From: Piedraia hortae CBS 480.64
Lineage: Eukaryota
Assembly (NCBI GenBank): GCA_010093745.1
Contig: MU006011.1
Span: forward strand, 62,001 to 103,549
Length of the DNA stretch: 41,549 nt
Reading direction: 5' to 3'
Shown here piece after piece: positions 1-11,119 of the stretch (positions within the stretch are counted from its first letter, which is position 1; each line of letters opens with the position of its first letter). The notes beneath the pieces were generated by a model. It was not told the origin of the DNA and did no database searches. It saw only the letters and a list, made by a program, of their open reading frames with translations. Both the position numbers and the translations under genes were made by a program.

Positions 1-220
1 CACCCTAGGTTTTTCCCTCACAGTGTTCTCCCCTCAGGGTCATGTCATATGTGACATGGTTGTTACGGCAAGACTGTGTGTGCGCGGGACGACCCGCGCT
101 GCCTAGGCGCACAGGGAATTTGATACACGGACGCGCCCTGCTAGTTATTCATAGTTACGCTCGCTACCACGCACGGATGAACGGCGCTTCTGGATTGGTT
201 TATAGTATCCTAGTTTCACA
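1..220. mobile_element. LTR remnant (type B, truncated by window edge) with degenerate ENE-like hairpin
   Basis: 1-60 nearly identical to 36406-36464 and 39552-39609; GCGCCCTGCTAG resumes at ~134; ends ...TTTCACA at 220 (right end tentative). Confidence 0.65.
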
Positions 221-582
221 GTAGATAGCAGTCTGGATTGTCCTCGTTGTAGGGACTTATTGAACCTTTTCCTCTGAGCACCGTAATACGCGGCGCCATA
301 TGCGAGATGAACACAAAAGGCGGGACCGTGAACAATATCTGTAATTCAGTGTCTATTGTAGTTTTGTTGTGCATACGTCCAAGATAGTATGGAACTTTCT
401 CATTCGCCTGTACTGCCAAAGCGCAATTCTGTTTATACACGTCATCGGTTCACTTCATGGGTGCACACGCCACCGTTACCCCGTCTCATCGCACTTCACC
501 TTTCAACACGATCATCGAAACCTTTGAAAAGTCTCATCCATTCTGAGTCTTGATTTTCTTGCCCACATATATCGTGCCCTCA

Positions 583-3092
583 ATGGGCGCGACGCTTAAA
601 CTCGCAAGGAAAACCGCAGACTTTGAAGTTACACACTCCCATTTCACATGCTTCCGTGTCACAGACCTTAGATCCCGGTTCAAGACTCTCTAACATGCTC
701 CTGCAAGCTCCAGCCCCAGTTATACTTCTGGAGAATTCCTTTCAGGATAGGAGGGCGTTGAGGCTCGACTCCCTGGCCGGTCTCCCATCCGATGATCGCA
801 TGCTTGTTGAGAAAAAACTTTGTTCAAATAGTGACCTCGACCGGGATACGGCCCGCATAATGGCCTTGCAGTGTCAGAATCAAACAGAACGGTCCAATGG
901 ATGGCAGAGTGGGATGAGAATGATTGGTCGACTGATGATGCAATTTGCGCCAGTATTTAAAGTCGCTACAAATGCCCAAGCAGGCGTGCTCAGCCTGCCT
1001 TGGACTGCTATCTGCTCCCTCTAAATGGTAAGCAGAAGTGGTCTGATTGATACCTTAAGTAACACTATCTCTACAGGTGGCTCAATAGGTTCACCAGCAG
1101 AATGAGTCAATCTGAAAAGGAATTGAATAGCACTAGACACAAGCTACTTCATCACCGTGTATCTTGATATCTACAGCCAGCTTATTGGCACGCCCTCGAT
1201 CACACATCTGTATGAGAACATTGTCAAGTTATATGGTCTTATCCTGATGTTCTTTTCGCGAAAATCGACAGAACAGGCGAAATGAACACGAGGAGAGTGT
1301 TATGCATTCGCTCGCGGATGAGGTTATACTGAGGTTCAGAACCTAAAACGACACATTGCTGGAAACTGTTGGGTCTCATGCAAGAGCTTGCAATGCTGAG
1401 GTATCCGCGGAAAAGAGGGCAGTTGTCCACAGCTAAAGGTGCTGAGAAGGCCCAGGAAGAGGTCAATGACGGAGTGAAGGGCATTCAACAAATCCTAGAT
1501 CTTTGTGCTCTTCCGATCGCTGATAAAGCAGCTTACAACTCCATGGACTACTGTAATCCCGATCACAATGGCGAGCTACAGCCGTGTCTGGACGGTACCT
1601 GGGTGCATATCAGGAAGAGAATAATGGCCTGGACCACCGCCAACGATCAAAGGGTAATGTGACTATCTGGAAATGCAGGGAGGGGTAAATCCACAATTGC
1701 CCGAACCGTTGCCTACGAACTAGGGAAACAGGGTTACTTGGTCGGAAGCTTCTTTTTCAAGCGTGGCCAGGGCAAAATTGCCGGATCACTGAAGTAACTC
1801 GACGCTGATTTGGCATTAAAGGGTCAGGAGAAAAAGCTCGGCCCCGCTACTGTCGCTTTGTCCAAAGACGGCCAATTGATTGCCTCACTGTCTCCACCTC
1901 AGAAACTAGGCCTTTGGAATGCTGGAACACAGATCTGCGGAAAAGAATTACTGGATGCGAGCCTTCTCAATATTACCTTGTCGTCTGGAAGCCTGGTCTT
2001 AACTGCGCCAAACAGTCATTTCGCGGATATCGCCTGCTTGGAAGATATATTAGAGAACATGATTTTCATCTGGGACCTTGGAAGAAATTAATTGAAAGTG
2101 ACGGAGGGGTGAACCTCCGAGGACTAGAGCGGAGTGGATGTCAACGACGAAAGTTTTCACTCAACTTTTACTGAAAAAGGTGAAAATGTAATTGTCTNNN
2201 NNNNNNNNNNNNNNNNNGCCCTTAAGCATGAACGAGACAATGACCCGTCTCAGGGAAAACTTCCTCTATAGAGGTAAAAACCCTGAGAAGTTTCGACTTC
2301 TATCTATGGTTCTGGTCATGGTGGGTGCTACATCCTTTTGACAGAAAGAGCTTGTAGATAAGCCAGATGAAATTTCTGCTCTTGCAATCTCTCCAGGTAG
2401 TAAAGGCATCTTCTGTGGCTCAACTGATGGTGAAATCTGCAAATCTGAACTGAAAAGGGGTGTTCGGCAATATCTATTCAAGGGACATACGGACAGAATC
2501 AACCAAAATTTCGTTTTCTCCGCATGAGCAGGGCTTCGCGTCGGTATCAAATGATCAAAACATAAGAATCTGGAGCCCTCAAGTACAAGCCCCCCGTGGT
2601 ATTAATTGAGAAGGGCTCAATTCATAATGCAATGTTCTCTCCCGACGGCCGAATGCTACACACACGAGACAGATCGAATTTCATGAGTGAATGGGGTATT
2701 GGGAAAGCCTGCAAATTGCGGGAGCTTGGTATGACAGGCAATATGATTCTTCAGAGTTCAAATTTTTCAACGATCGCTTTGTTCATGCTGGTCTTTTATC
2801 TTTCTTGGACGGATCGAGGATCGATAAAGCTGCTCAGGCTAAGAAACAAGCGAGTCTAGCGGCATCAGTCCAAGGCCTTTCAATGTTCAAAGACAATGAC
2901 CTCTAGCATTTGAATGCACTCGATGGCAATGACAATGACAAAAAACTGGATTACTGTTGACGGTCGCAAAAGCTTCAAACCTCCTCTCCCGTCGTGGCAA
3001 GAAAATTGGGTCTCGTGCGGGCGGACACTCGTTATTTTAAACGAATGGTCAGACATTGCTATTATGACTCTGACGGGCAAGGTTTCGTTTTA
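583..3092 (+). pseudogene. NACHT-WD40 (HET-E-like NLR) pseudogene
   Basis: Helical N-terminal domain (MQFAPVFKVATNAQAGVLSLPWTAI), intron 1028-1076, CLDGTW..RIMAW, Walker A VM*LSGNAGRGKSTIARTVA..GSFFFKRG (~1654-1770), then WD40-like segments (VALSKDGQLIAS, ALAISPGSKGIFCGSTDG, FKGHTDRI, AMFSPDGRML); many stops/frameshifts, LTR insertion, N gap. Confidence 0.85.
2218..2343 (-). mobile_element. Solo LTR fragment (type A) inserted in the WD40 region, rest lost in N gap
   Basis: Reverse complement closely matches 41122-41240 and 33484-33571; minus-strand terminus TGTCAAAAGG at 2343. Confidence 0.75.
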
Positions 3093-3914
3093 GACGGAAA
3101 TTTGAGCTTCTTCCAGCTTCTAGAGACTTCACAATCTGAAACGAGCATTGCACTGGGACTAGGCAGCTGAATTTGAAAGTCCAATCAGTGATCCTTGATG
3201 TTTGCGTGAAGGTATTACTTGAATTAAGAGATTTTACGGGTAATATTGGGGTCCTTGTCGTGACTGTGGTCGATGAAAAGGACTATCGCATTACGAAGTG
3301 AAGTTTGGAGCTTTCATGTTGACAATTGCTGCTTTGTAGATGTATAGAAGCTTATTCCTCAGAGGCAAATCCCAGGATGGGTACAGATGCCCGAATACAT
3401 TGAGCCTGTTTCAGAGAATGATAAGGTGTACTCGGATGTGCAACCCTGACATTTGATCTACTTTCTTCAAAACTGAGGAAGACGTAAAGATAAGAATAAG
3501 TGAAAGTTGAACACTGCTACGTTGTATTGAGTGGTGCACTAGAAGGCGATGAAAAAGTGTGGGGTAGATTTCCACCCAAAACTACACGAAACGATGAAAG
3601 CCTGAAAACAAAATATTTTGTAAGCTAGTACTGACAAAGCAGTGCCGAGATAAGTTGCTCAAACTACAGTTCGATTTTCCCCAGAATTAGCCATCTGTGT
3701 CCCGGTTCGTATCAATGTCGGAATTGTACTTGGCTTCCACTTCGTCGTTCTCAGCGGGGGCATCATTGCCTTCCAACTTGTTGTGAGTACCATCAGCTTC
3801 TGAATTACCGTTTGCAGTGGGGGTACCGTTGACTCCCGGTCTCGATCTGCTTTGTAAGTACCATTAACGTCCGGCTTATCGTTTGCAGCGGTATTATCCC
3901 TCGACTTCGGCCTG

Positions 3915-5882
3915 TCACCCTTGTGACTTGCTGCGTACAGAGGCGACCTCGATAACTTCAGACTCGGAACTTGCTGTGGGAGCAGCATTGACTTGTGATG
4001 TCTTGTTGCCTAGGGCTTTAGACTTGCCGTTCGTAAGGGGTATGCCATTGGTTTTAGGCTTGTCGTTTGCAGCGAGGGCACCATTAGCTTTTGACTTGTT
4101 GGTAGCATCGGTAATATTATTGACTTCAGGCTTATCAACTACTCTCAGGGAATGACTCGGCATGGCCCCTGCATTAATAGCAGATTTCCTTTCCATCCCA
4201 TTCGTATTTGACTCAAATGGTTTGGGAGCCATGTTTGGTTGCAATGGGGCATCTTTCATCTCACGGCGTCGCCTTCGGCGTACTGCAGGCGACAAATCTC
4301 CACGCCCAGGAGCACTTCCATTGGTTAGTGTGGTGGCACCCCTGTTTCTCAAGGAATGAACATGAGGTCTCGCCTCCTCTGCCAGAGAACCCACAGATAA
4401 GTATACTGCTTTTCCTTTGTCTTTATAGTTCTCTGTTGAACCCGTTGCACCATGATCGGAGATCTGGATCTGCTGGTTGTCGGAGGGCTTGCCTAGAGGG
4501 CTCGTAGAATTTGTCGTGCAAGTCACAGATGAGGATCTTTCTTCTCCTTCGCTCTCATAAGTCTTTGTTCCAGACGGACCACCTATGTCAGCGGCCTCAA
4601 TTCGCTCGCTGTTGAGGTCCTCATACTCATCGGAAAGCTCGTCAGTTTCAAAAACATCTTTCTTGTTGAATAATGTTATCGATAGTGTTTGAGGAGTGCA
4701 TAGTTCCTTCCGTCGAAGGAGGCATTTTTTTTGTACTTCGGAAAGAGAATTAACTTCTTCCCCGAGGCGTTGGATCAAACTAATCAGCCTGTTTTTCAGT
4801 ACATGCCAACGTGCGACCCGTTCATCCGCAACCTTAATAAACCTGTCCATCTCCAAGTTGGTGCCTTGCCCTCCAAGGCAATCCTTTTCAGTGCACCTTC
4901 GTAAGAAGTCTGGAACTAGGGCCATCAATTCAGCTTTGAATGCATCCTGTTCGATGCTCTTTCGTAGGACGTCCTGAGTTATGGCCATTATTTCACGACA
5001 GTAAATTTCCATTGCAATAAGATCGTTAACGCTGCGCAATAACCCATTGACTCCCTGAGAAAGAAACTCTTCACGTGTTCTCGCGTTCATGAACCATTTT
5101 TCAATCTTTTTAAGCATCCGTTTCACATCCTGATGCTCTCCACTAATTTGTCCCAAGGTACATCCCAGATGTTCCAAACAACCGACATATCGTCTGCGGA
5201 AGACAAATCTGCGGGCTTCCTGCTTGGCAGCTTCACAACTGGGAGAACCGGAATTTGCAAGGAGTTCCCGCACATCTTCTGATATGTCCGACAACATAGC
5301 TGCTCGCAATTTATCGGGTATCTCATGTAATTCTGGTGGGTCATGTTTCCACTGTTGCAATTTATCAAATGTAGGTATCACTGATAGACTCGGAAAGCTT
5401 CGCCCAGGCGCTTCACTACTTTTTGGGGTGTGTTCATTCTTCACTCTTTGCTTTTGCTTGCGCCTTTGACCCGCAACCAAAGGGCCGCTTTTAAGTACCT
5501 TGCTGGGTGCACTGCGCGATTTCTTACCCATATTGGAAGAGGAAAGCATTTCTCGGCTCCCCTTGGACCCTTCGTTTGCCGGATTCGCAATTTGAGGAGT
5601 GGAATTCGGTGAGTTAGAGGAAGGCGTGTTCATAAACTCCTTGGACTCTTCTTTTCCATGTTCCCCGATTTGGCGAGTGATATATGGCGGTAGAGGGTTC
5701 CCATAATCAACTTCATCTTCGTCAAAAACTCGGTAGTGACTCTTTCCGGTGCTGACAGTCTCTCTGAGAGTGGTGTTGTTACTTTTGTTTTCGTTTTCCT
5801 CAGAAGATTGATATGTAGTCTCAGGCCTATTGGATTTTCCCTTCTTTTGGGTGTCGCGCCTATTGTTGTTTGGGCGTTCCAT
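3915..5882 (-). CDS. Hypothetical protein (655 aa; disordered termini, helical core); C-terminus may extend to ~3687
   Basis: Long uninterrupted ORF, no recognised domain; degenerate DKPxxNG repeats near C-terminus. Confidence 0.7.
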   Translation of the reverse strand: MERPNNNRRDTQKKGKSNRPETTYQSSEENENKSNNTTLRETVSTGKSHYRVFDEDEVDYGNPLPPYITRQIGEHGKEESKEFMNTPSSNSPNSTPQIANPANEGSKGSREMLSSSNMGKKSRSAPSKVLKSGPLVAGQRRKQKQRVKNEHTPKSSEAPGRSFPSLSVIPTFDKLQQWKHDPPELHEIPDKLRAAMLSDISEDVRELLANSGSPSCEAAKQEARRFVFRRRYVGCLEHLGCTLGQISGEHQDVKRMLKKIEKWFMNARTREEFLSQGVNGLLRSVNDLIAMEIYCREIMAITQDVLRKSIEQDAFKAELMALVPDFLRRCTEKDCLGGQGTNLEMDRFIKVADERVARWHVLKNRLISLIQRLGEEVNSLSEVQKKCLLRRKELCTPQTLSITLFNKKDVFETDELSDEYEDLNSERIEAADIGGPSGTKTYESEGEERSSSVTCTTNSTSPLGKPSDNQQIQISDHGATGSTENYKDKGKAVYLSVGSLAEEARPHVHSLRNRGATTLTNGSAPGRGDLSPAVRRRRRREMKDAPLQPNMAPKPFESNTNGMERKSAINAGAMPSHSLRVVDKPEVNNITDATNKSKANGALAANDKPKTNGIPLTNGKSKALGNKTSQVNAAPTASSESEVIEVASVRSKSQG

Positions 5883-7017
5883 GATTGATAGAATAATGAT
5901 GAACCCGGGAGAATTATTCCAACGGAGAGTTGAATGAACATGATTACTAAAACTCCCTCGTACCTTCCCGATTGGTCTGAGATTAGTGGATTAGTTAGCA
6001 GTGTATATTCTATCTGTTCCTCGTAATGCTATGTAATATTAGGAGGAGAGGGTAGATTATACGTTTGATTTGGGCAACCCGATGTAATAAACTCAGTCCA
6101 ATTTAGCGGTAGACTGTCAGGATATGCGCGAACTGACACCTCAACTAGCTGAGCCTTTAATTTTGAAAGGGCTTGCTAAGAGCTTCAACGGCTGAGATAG
6201 TGCCTCGCGCTCATGATAACGCGGCAATGCCCATCACAAGGACTGCAGTAATCAAAATCATTGATGGTGATGGTTGTCTTCTCCCGCCAGCGGCGATAAT
6301 CGTTCAATTTTCCTCGCAGCAATTGGGTTACGTGAAGAGAGAAGTAATGTGGTGGGGCAGTTTACTATTGCGGCTTCCTTCCCGCAGGGAATTCCTGCCG
6401 AGTTTTGTGGAGTGATGATCCAGATGAACTTGGTGGTGCTGTCGGCAGGAGTCGTTTGGCACTTCATTAACCTCGCGGCAAACGCAGGCGTTCTCCAGGC
6501 AGCACGTTACCTCTGCTCTAGAACTCTCCTTGTTTTTGTCGTGGTTGACAACCCCCTGAAGCCTGGATTACCACTACCATCAATGTTTCCGAAGTGCAGT
6601 AGCCTGACGCGAGGCAAAGCTTCAGGGCGGAGTAAAGCACGCAACTGCAATAACATCTTTGAGCTCAATACAGCCATCTTGGTGAAGAATACATCTTGGT
6701 GCACAATGTTCAGTTCGAGGCTGAATCACGGGCTTCACGTCACTCGCACGGACCATCTTGAAGCGTCTGCGCCGTGAAGCTTGAATGAACAATGCCGTTG
6801 TCAAAATAATTAAGACAAAGCAACAAAAGAAAACCATTGTATCCAAGTTCCTCATTCACAGTACAGCAACAAAAACGGATAATGCCTTCGGGTTGGTAAA
6901 TGCACGGTTCGGGAATTCTCCCTTTGCCATATAACCATACCTTCGCCTGTCCCTTCGATACTTAATCTCACCCAATACCAACATCTTTCATCAGCAACAT
7001 TCTCTAGCAATACAACT

Positions 7018-8589
7018 ATGAACGTCGAGCATCCTGTTGCCGAAACCACCACTTGCGGCCCACCTCTAGACATTAACGCTTTGCATTCCTACGGGAACCT
7101 CGTCGATTTTACCCTGGCCGGAACCTACGATCCCGATAAGCCGGTTATCATCGATGCCGAGACTCCCTCACGCACCATCAGTCTTCGCCAAGCTCGCGAT
7201 GGAGTCGAGTACTTTCAACGATTTTTTTCTCCCCGTACCACCGTCTGCACTCATTTGCAGAACGACGTCAACTATCCGCTCTATGTTTTGGGCATTATGG
7301 CTGCCGGTGCCATCTGGACCGGTACAAACACTTCCTACACTGCGGCAGAGCTCAAACACCATTTCACCACTTCGAACACCACTTGTGTCATCACCGAAAT
7401 AGAGCATCTAGACACCGTTCAGGCCGCAATTCATGCAAGTGGTATTAAGATCAAGATCCTCGTGGCGTCCGACTTGGCTAACAGCGCGGTCAAAATGCGC
7501 GGCCCTCGCCCGTACATCTGCCCCACCAGCACGGCAGTCATGATGAACACTAGTGGTACGACAGGCTTGCCAAAGATTGCGGCCCGCACCCACCGGGCCT
7601 TCCTTGCCGAGCTTCTCGGCACAGGAGCGCTTGAAGGTGTGAAGCATTACGAGGTGCGCCGCTTGTTTTGCATACCAATCTTCCACGGGTTTGGAGCACC
7701 CGAGATGATTTTCAATGCATTGCACTACGGCCATGTCAGCTTTTTCATGCGCCGCATGGATGAGACATTTGCACAGAAAGTACACGATTTCGGCATTACC
7801 GAGACGTATGGGGCTCCGCCTCTGATGCTGCGTCTGGTAAATGACCCATCGCACCATCATTTGTTGCAGTCTCTTCGCCGCATCTCTTTCGGCGGCGCTA
7901 AACTCACTCCAGAGCTAAGGAAGCAGACTCTCAGTATGTTCAAGATTGCACCTCGCATCGTTCCCGTTTACGGAATGACGGAGGGTGGCTGGTTCACCAC
8001 TTGTCAGGGAAACATTGATGACGAAGGCGCGGCTGCCGGTTCGGTGGGACGGCCTATTGCAGGAATCACGATCAAGATTGAAGGCCAATTCCGTCTGTCG
8101 GACGGGAATACCGGCGGCGAAATCATGATCAGCGGGCCACAGCTGATGACTGCCTACTTCCGCGATCAGGCTGCCACGTCCGAAACGATCATCAACGGCT
8201 GGCTCCGTACGGGTGACCTCGGTTACATCAAGAATGGCCACGTCTATCTGATCGACAGACTTAAAGATCTCATCAAAATCAGCGGCTTCCAGGTGGCACC
8301 TGCCGAACTGGAGGAAGTCCTCCGTCGGCACTCGGGCATTGTTGACGCGTCTGTTTTTGGGGCCGGCGTGGATGTCGATGAACATCCTGTTGTGTGCGTT
8401 GTTCGTCGGCCTGGAGCCTCGAACACCAGTGTGGCTGAAATTAAGGCCCACCTGCGCAGTCAGCTAACACGTTACAAGGTCAATCGGTGCGAGATTGTCT
8501 ACGTTGATAGTATTCCGAAGAGTGCTGCCGGGAAAGTGCAGAGGAAGGCGCTCCGCGAGAAGGCCGGGATAACCGAGGAATGCTCGTAG
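7018..8589 (+). CDS. AMP-dependent acyl-CoA synthetase, 4-coumarate-CoA ligase/luciferase-like
   Basis: MNTSGTTGLPK, VYGMTEGG, GWLRTGDLGY, DRLKDLIKISGFQVAPAELE, IPKSAAGKVQRK; intronless. Confidence 0.93.
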   Translation: MNVEHPVAETTTCGPPLDINALHSYGNLVDFTLAGTYDPDKPVIIDAETPSRTISLRQARDGVEYFQRFFSPRTTVCTHLQNDVNYPLYVLGIMAAGAIWTGTNTSYTAAELKHHFTTSNTTCVITEIEHLDTVQAAIHASGIKIKILVASDLANSAVKMRGPRPYICPTSTAVMMNTSGTTGLPKIAARTHRAFLAELLGTGALEGVKHYEVRRLFCIPIFHGFGAPEMIFNALHYGHVSFFMRRMDETFAQKVHDFGITETYGAPPLMLRLVNDPSHHHLLQSLRRISFGGAKLTPELRKQTLSMFKIAPRIVPVYGMTEGGWFTTCQGNIDDEGAAAGSVGRPIAGITIKIEGQFRLSDGNTGGEIMISGPQLMTAYFRDQAATSETIINGWLRTGDLGYIKNGHVYLIDRLKDLIKISGFQVAPAELEEVLRRHSGIVDASVFGAGVDVDEHPVVCVVRRPGASNTSVAEIKAHLRSQLTRYKVNRCEIVYVDSIPKSAAGKVQRKALREKAGITEECS

Positions 8590-8959
8590 ATCGAGATTGT
8601 TTGATAGCGTGTTCAATGGGACAAACTTTTCTTCATACGATTCCGTACTCTCCTGATTCCTGATAAATCACCATATGCCTCATTTGTACCCTTGATATCT
8701 TTATATGTCAGTGGTTGCGCCTCTGGTAAGAAGCACGATCCAATTTAGCCAACTCGCTTGTATATCTCTTAGATATCAGGAACTTTGTGTCCATGCCTCC
8801 ACTTGCTCTCCAATCAGGAAATTCGGCTAGGGCGCTGCCCCACCTCATGACACGCAAACTCCCGCATTCTCCCATGTTGTCTTGTCAGAGGTGGGGTTGG
8901 CTGAGTGGTAAAGCTGTTCGATCGGTTTAGCGGGGTGACGGTCTAACAAGCGACTATCT

Positions 8960-9688
8960 TGTTGGCATGAAGCCTCGTCGCTATAAGTACATGAGCATAT
9001 ATAGCTAGACTTTCCAGGACTTTTACCTCACAGAGGATGTTTCCCTTGGGATGTGGTCACGTCACATGACGTGATCACAGCGAATGCGGTTCGGACCGTG
9101 CCGGATTGTGGGACAGTTGCTGACACTTCACCTCACTTCCTCAATACCTTAAAAAATAATAACATACAACTCAATGCACGAGCATAATCACAGATACTGT
9201 CCTTGTTCTCACTCTCCGTGTCCATATTGCATCTGAAGCTGCGCTAGATCACCACCTTCAAATTCCATCAACACCGTTCATGCTCTATGTGTGCTCGGTG
9301 ACGTGATCTCGGTGAATGCGGCTAGACCTGGGTTAGCGTGAGGTGAAGTTCCGCACTTCACCTCACAACATCACTTCGACACATACATACATACGCATAC
9401 ATAGCCACACATACATGTGCCTCATACATCATTGCCTACCAATTACCTCCGACACTTTTCGTTCTGAAAGACAAGATGAACCTCTGGTGATTATGACTGC
9501 TGGCAGTCCCTCATCGAGCTCTAACTTCCTAAACTCTTACTTCGATGAGCTCGTGTCTCCTGGAACGTATTTACGTCACATAATGTCATCATAGCGAATG
9601 CGGTTCTGGTTGGGCCGAAGTATGGGGTTAGTCTTGGCACATAAGCCTAGCCTCAATTCCGTGGACAGAATCACACACGCAAATGACC
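8960..9688. mobile_element. Composite LTR-derived element with three degenerate subunits (type C)
   Basis: Starts TGTTGGCATGAAGCCTCG (shared with 36337 and 37736); TATCT at 8955-8959 and 9689-9693 is a candidate TSD; GYGAATGCGG at 9080, 9312, 9594. Confidence 0.6.
9381..9428 (+). repeat. Imperfect (CATA)n microsatellite
   Basis: acatacatacatacgcatacatagccacacatacat. Confidence 0.6.
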
Positions 9689-11119
9689 TATCTATCTTTC
9701 GCTACATTAGAGTAACATGAGTACATTCTTCCCTCGTCCCTGATAGTCCTGAGCTCGAATCTTTACTACGGAGTGACATGAAATTTCAGCATCCTTCCAG
9801 GTCCAAAAACATCTTGAGCTATCATCGCCCATGCATCTTCTGCCAGAGATGTAAGAACCCATACCAGCGCGCTAACCGGAGGCAAAACAACTCGCGACTT
9901 CGATGATGGTAGAGTGGACAGTAACAATGCATTCCCATCTACTCATTGACGCACACCATACCCACTCGTATGCCAAACCAGCAGCATCTTCCAATGGAGA
10001 GCCATATTTCGCAGTACCACTTGCCAACCAAAAGCTCGAGGGCAGTCGAGATCTACTGCCCCCTCACGTTTCTTATCAGCTTTTGAAGCACAACTAACCC
10101 TCAAACTTCCCTACAACACGAAGCAGCGATCTTACAGGTATGGAACTGAAACTAAAGGAACCAGTTTATCTCCCTCTCACGCTCTCTTATTAAAGCAATG
10201 AGCTGTTCACCCCACCATCAACATCCACAGGGCGCCGACGACGAACAGGCATGAGGTACCATGTCCTCCTCGTAGACAACTGCGGGGTCCAGGACAAGCG
10301 CAAGAGTGACTCAATGTCGATGACTCGGTTATGTCGCATTAGCCATGAAAGGCCGGATGAGAACTCTGATTGTGGCGACAGTGCTCAGGGTTGACGGTTC
10401 TTCGGCGCTCGTCGTCATCAGCGGACAATGATATGATCGTCAAAGACGTGGTCGTGCCCAGTGGTTGATGGTACGTGCCGGTGACCACCATCGGGCGGAT
10501 TAGAGTGATGTTATCCCAGCTCATGTCGCCTAAGACAGCCCTCTGTACACCTAGAATTCCATAACGCAAAATATCAAGGCGAGACAGTAGGCACATGTAA
10601 AAGTGTTGATATATACACATGCCATATCCAGATCTGGTCGCAAAAGAAAAAAACGCATGAAGTTACCCCGCTTTCCAAATGCCCCACTGCGGAGGTCGGC
10701 CGCATCTGCCTGCATCGCACCACCGAGATCACGTTTATGTTCAACTTCTATAACAACCGATGCTGTATTCAGCGCAGTTCTCTTACCATCGTTACCTGCC
10801 CATCGTATCCAGCCAAATGAGGTCCGAAGGATTCGATGTCTTCATTGTGGCTTCTACGTTCTGGCCGATCAATAGAGCGTCACAAAAGCCCTGAAAAAGC
10901 ACTGACAAAGCCGGTTCCCACGACACAGCGAAAGCTAGGGCTTACGCTGTGTCGTTTCAACCCTATCGCACTACCCCGCAAACCCAATTTGCGACATGCG
11001 ACGGGCCGCAGGTGTCACCACGCATGCCCCGCACTATTCCACTCATGCAGGCACAGTAACCCCACTACGACACACGCGCAGGGCAGAGCAGGGCACTTTC
11101 CACTCTAACAGCTGCAGCC

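Noticed and set aside
8890..8959. tRNA-like A box TGGCTGAGTGGTAAAGC next to an LTR
   Set aside because: No anticodon arm, T arm or acceptor-stem partner found
8960..9688. CRISPR-like array
   Set aside because: Eukaryotic DNA; repeats are short, degenerate and irregularly spaced, with no cas genes
10230..10300. DDE_1 (pogo/Fot1) transposase-like RYHVLLVDN
   Set aside because: Too short; no TIRs or other motifs
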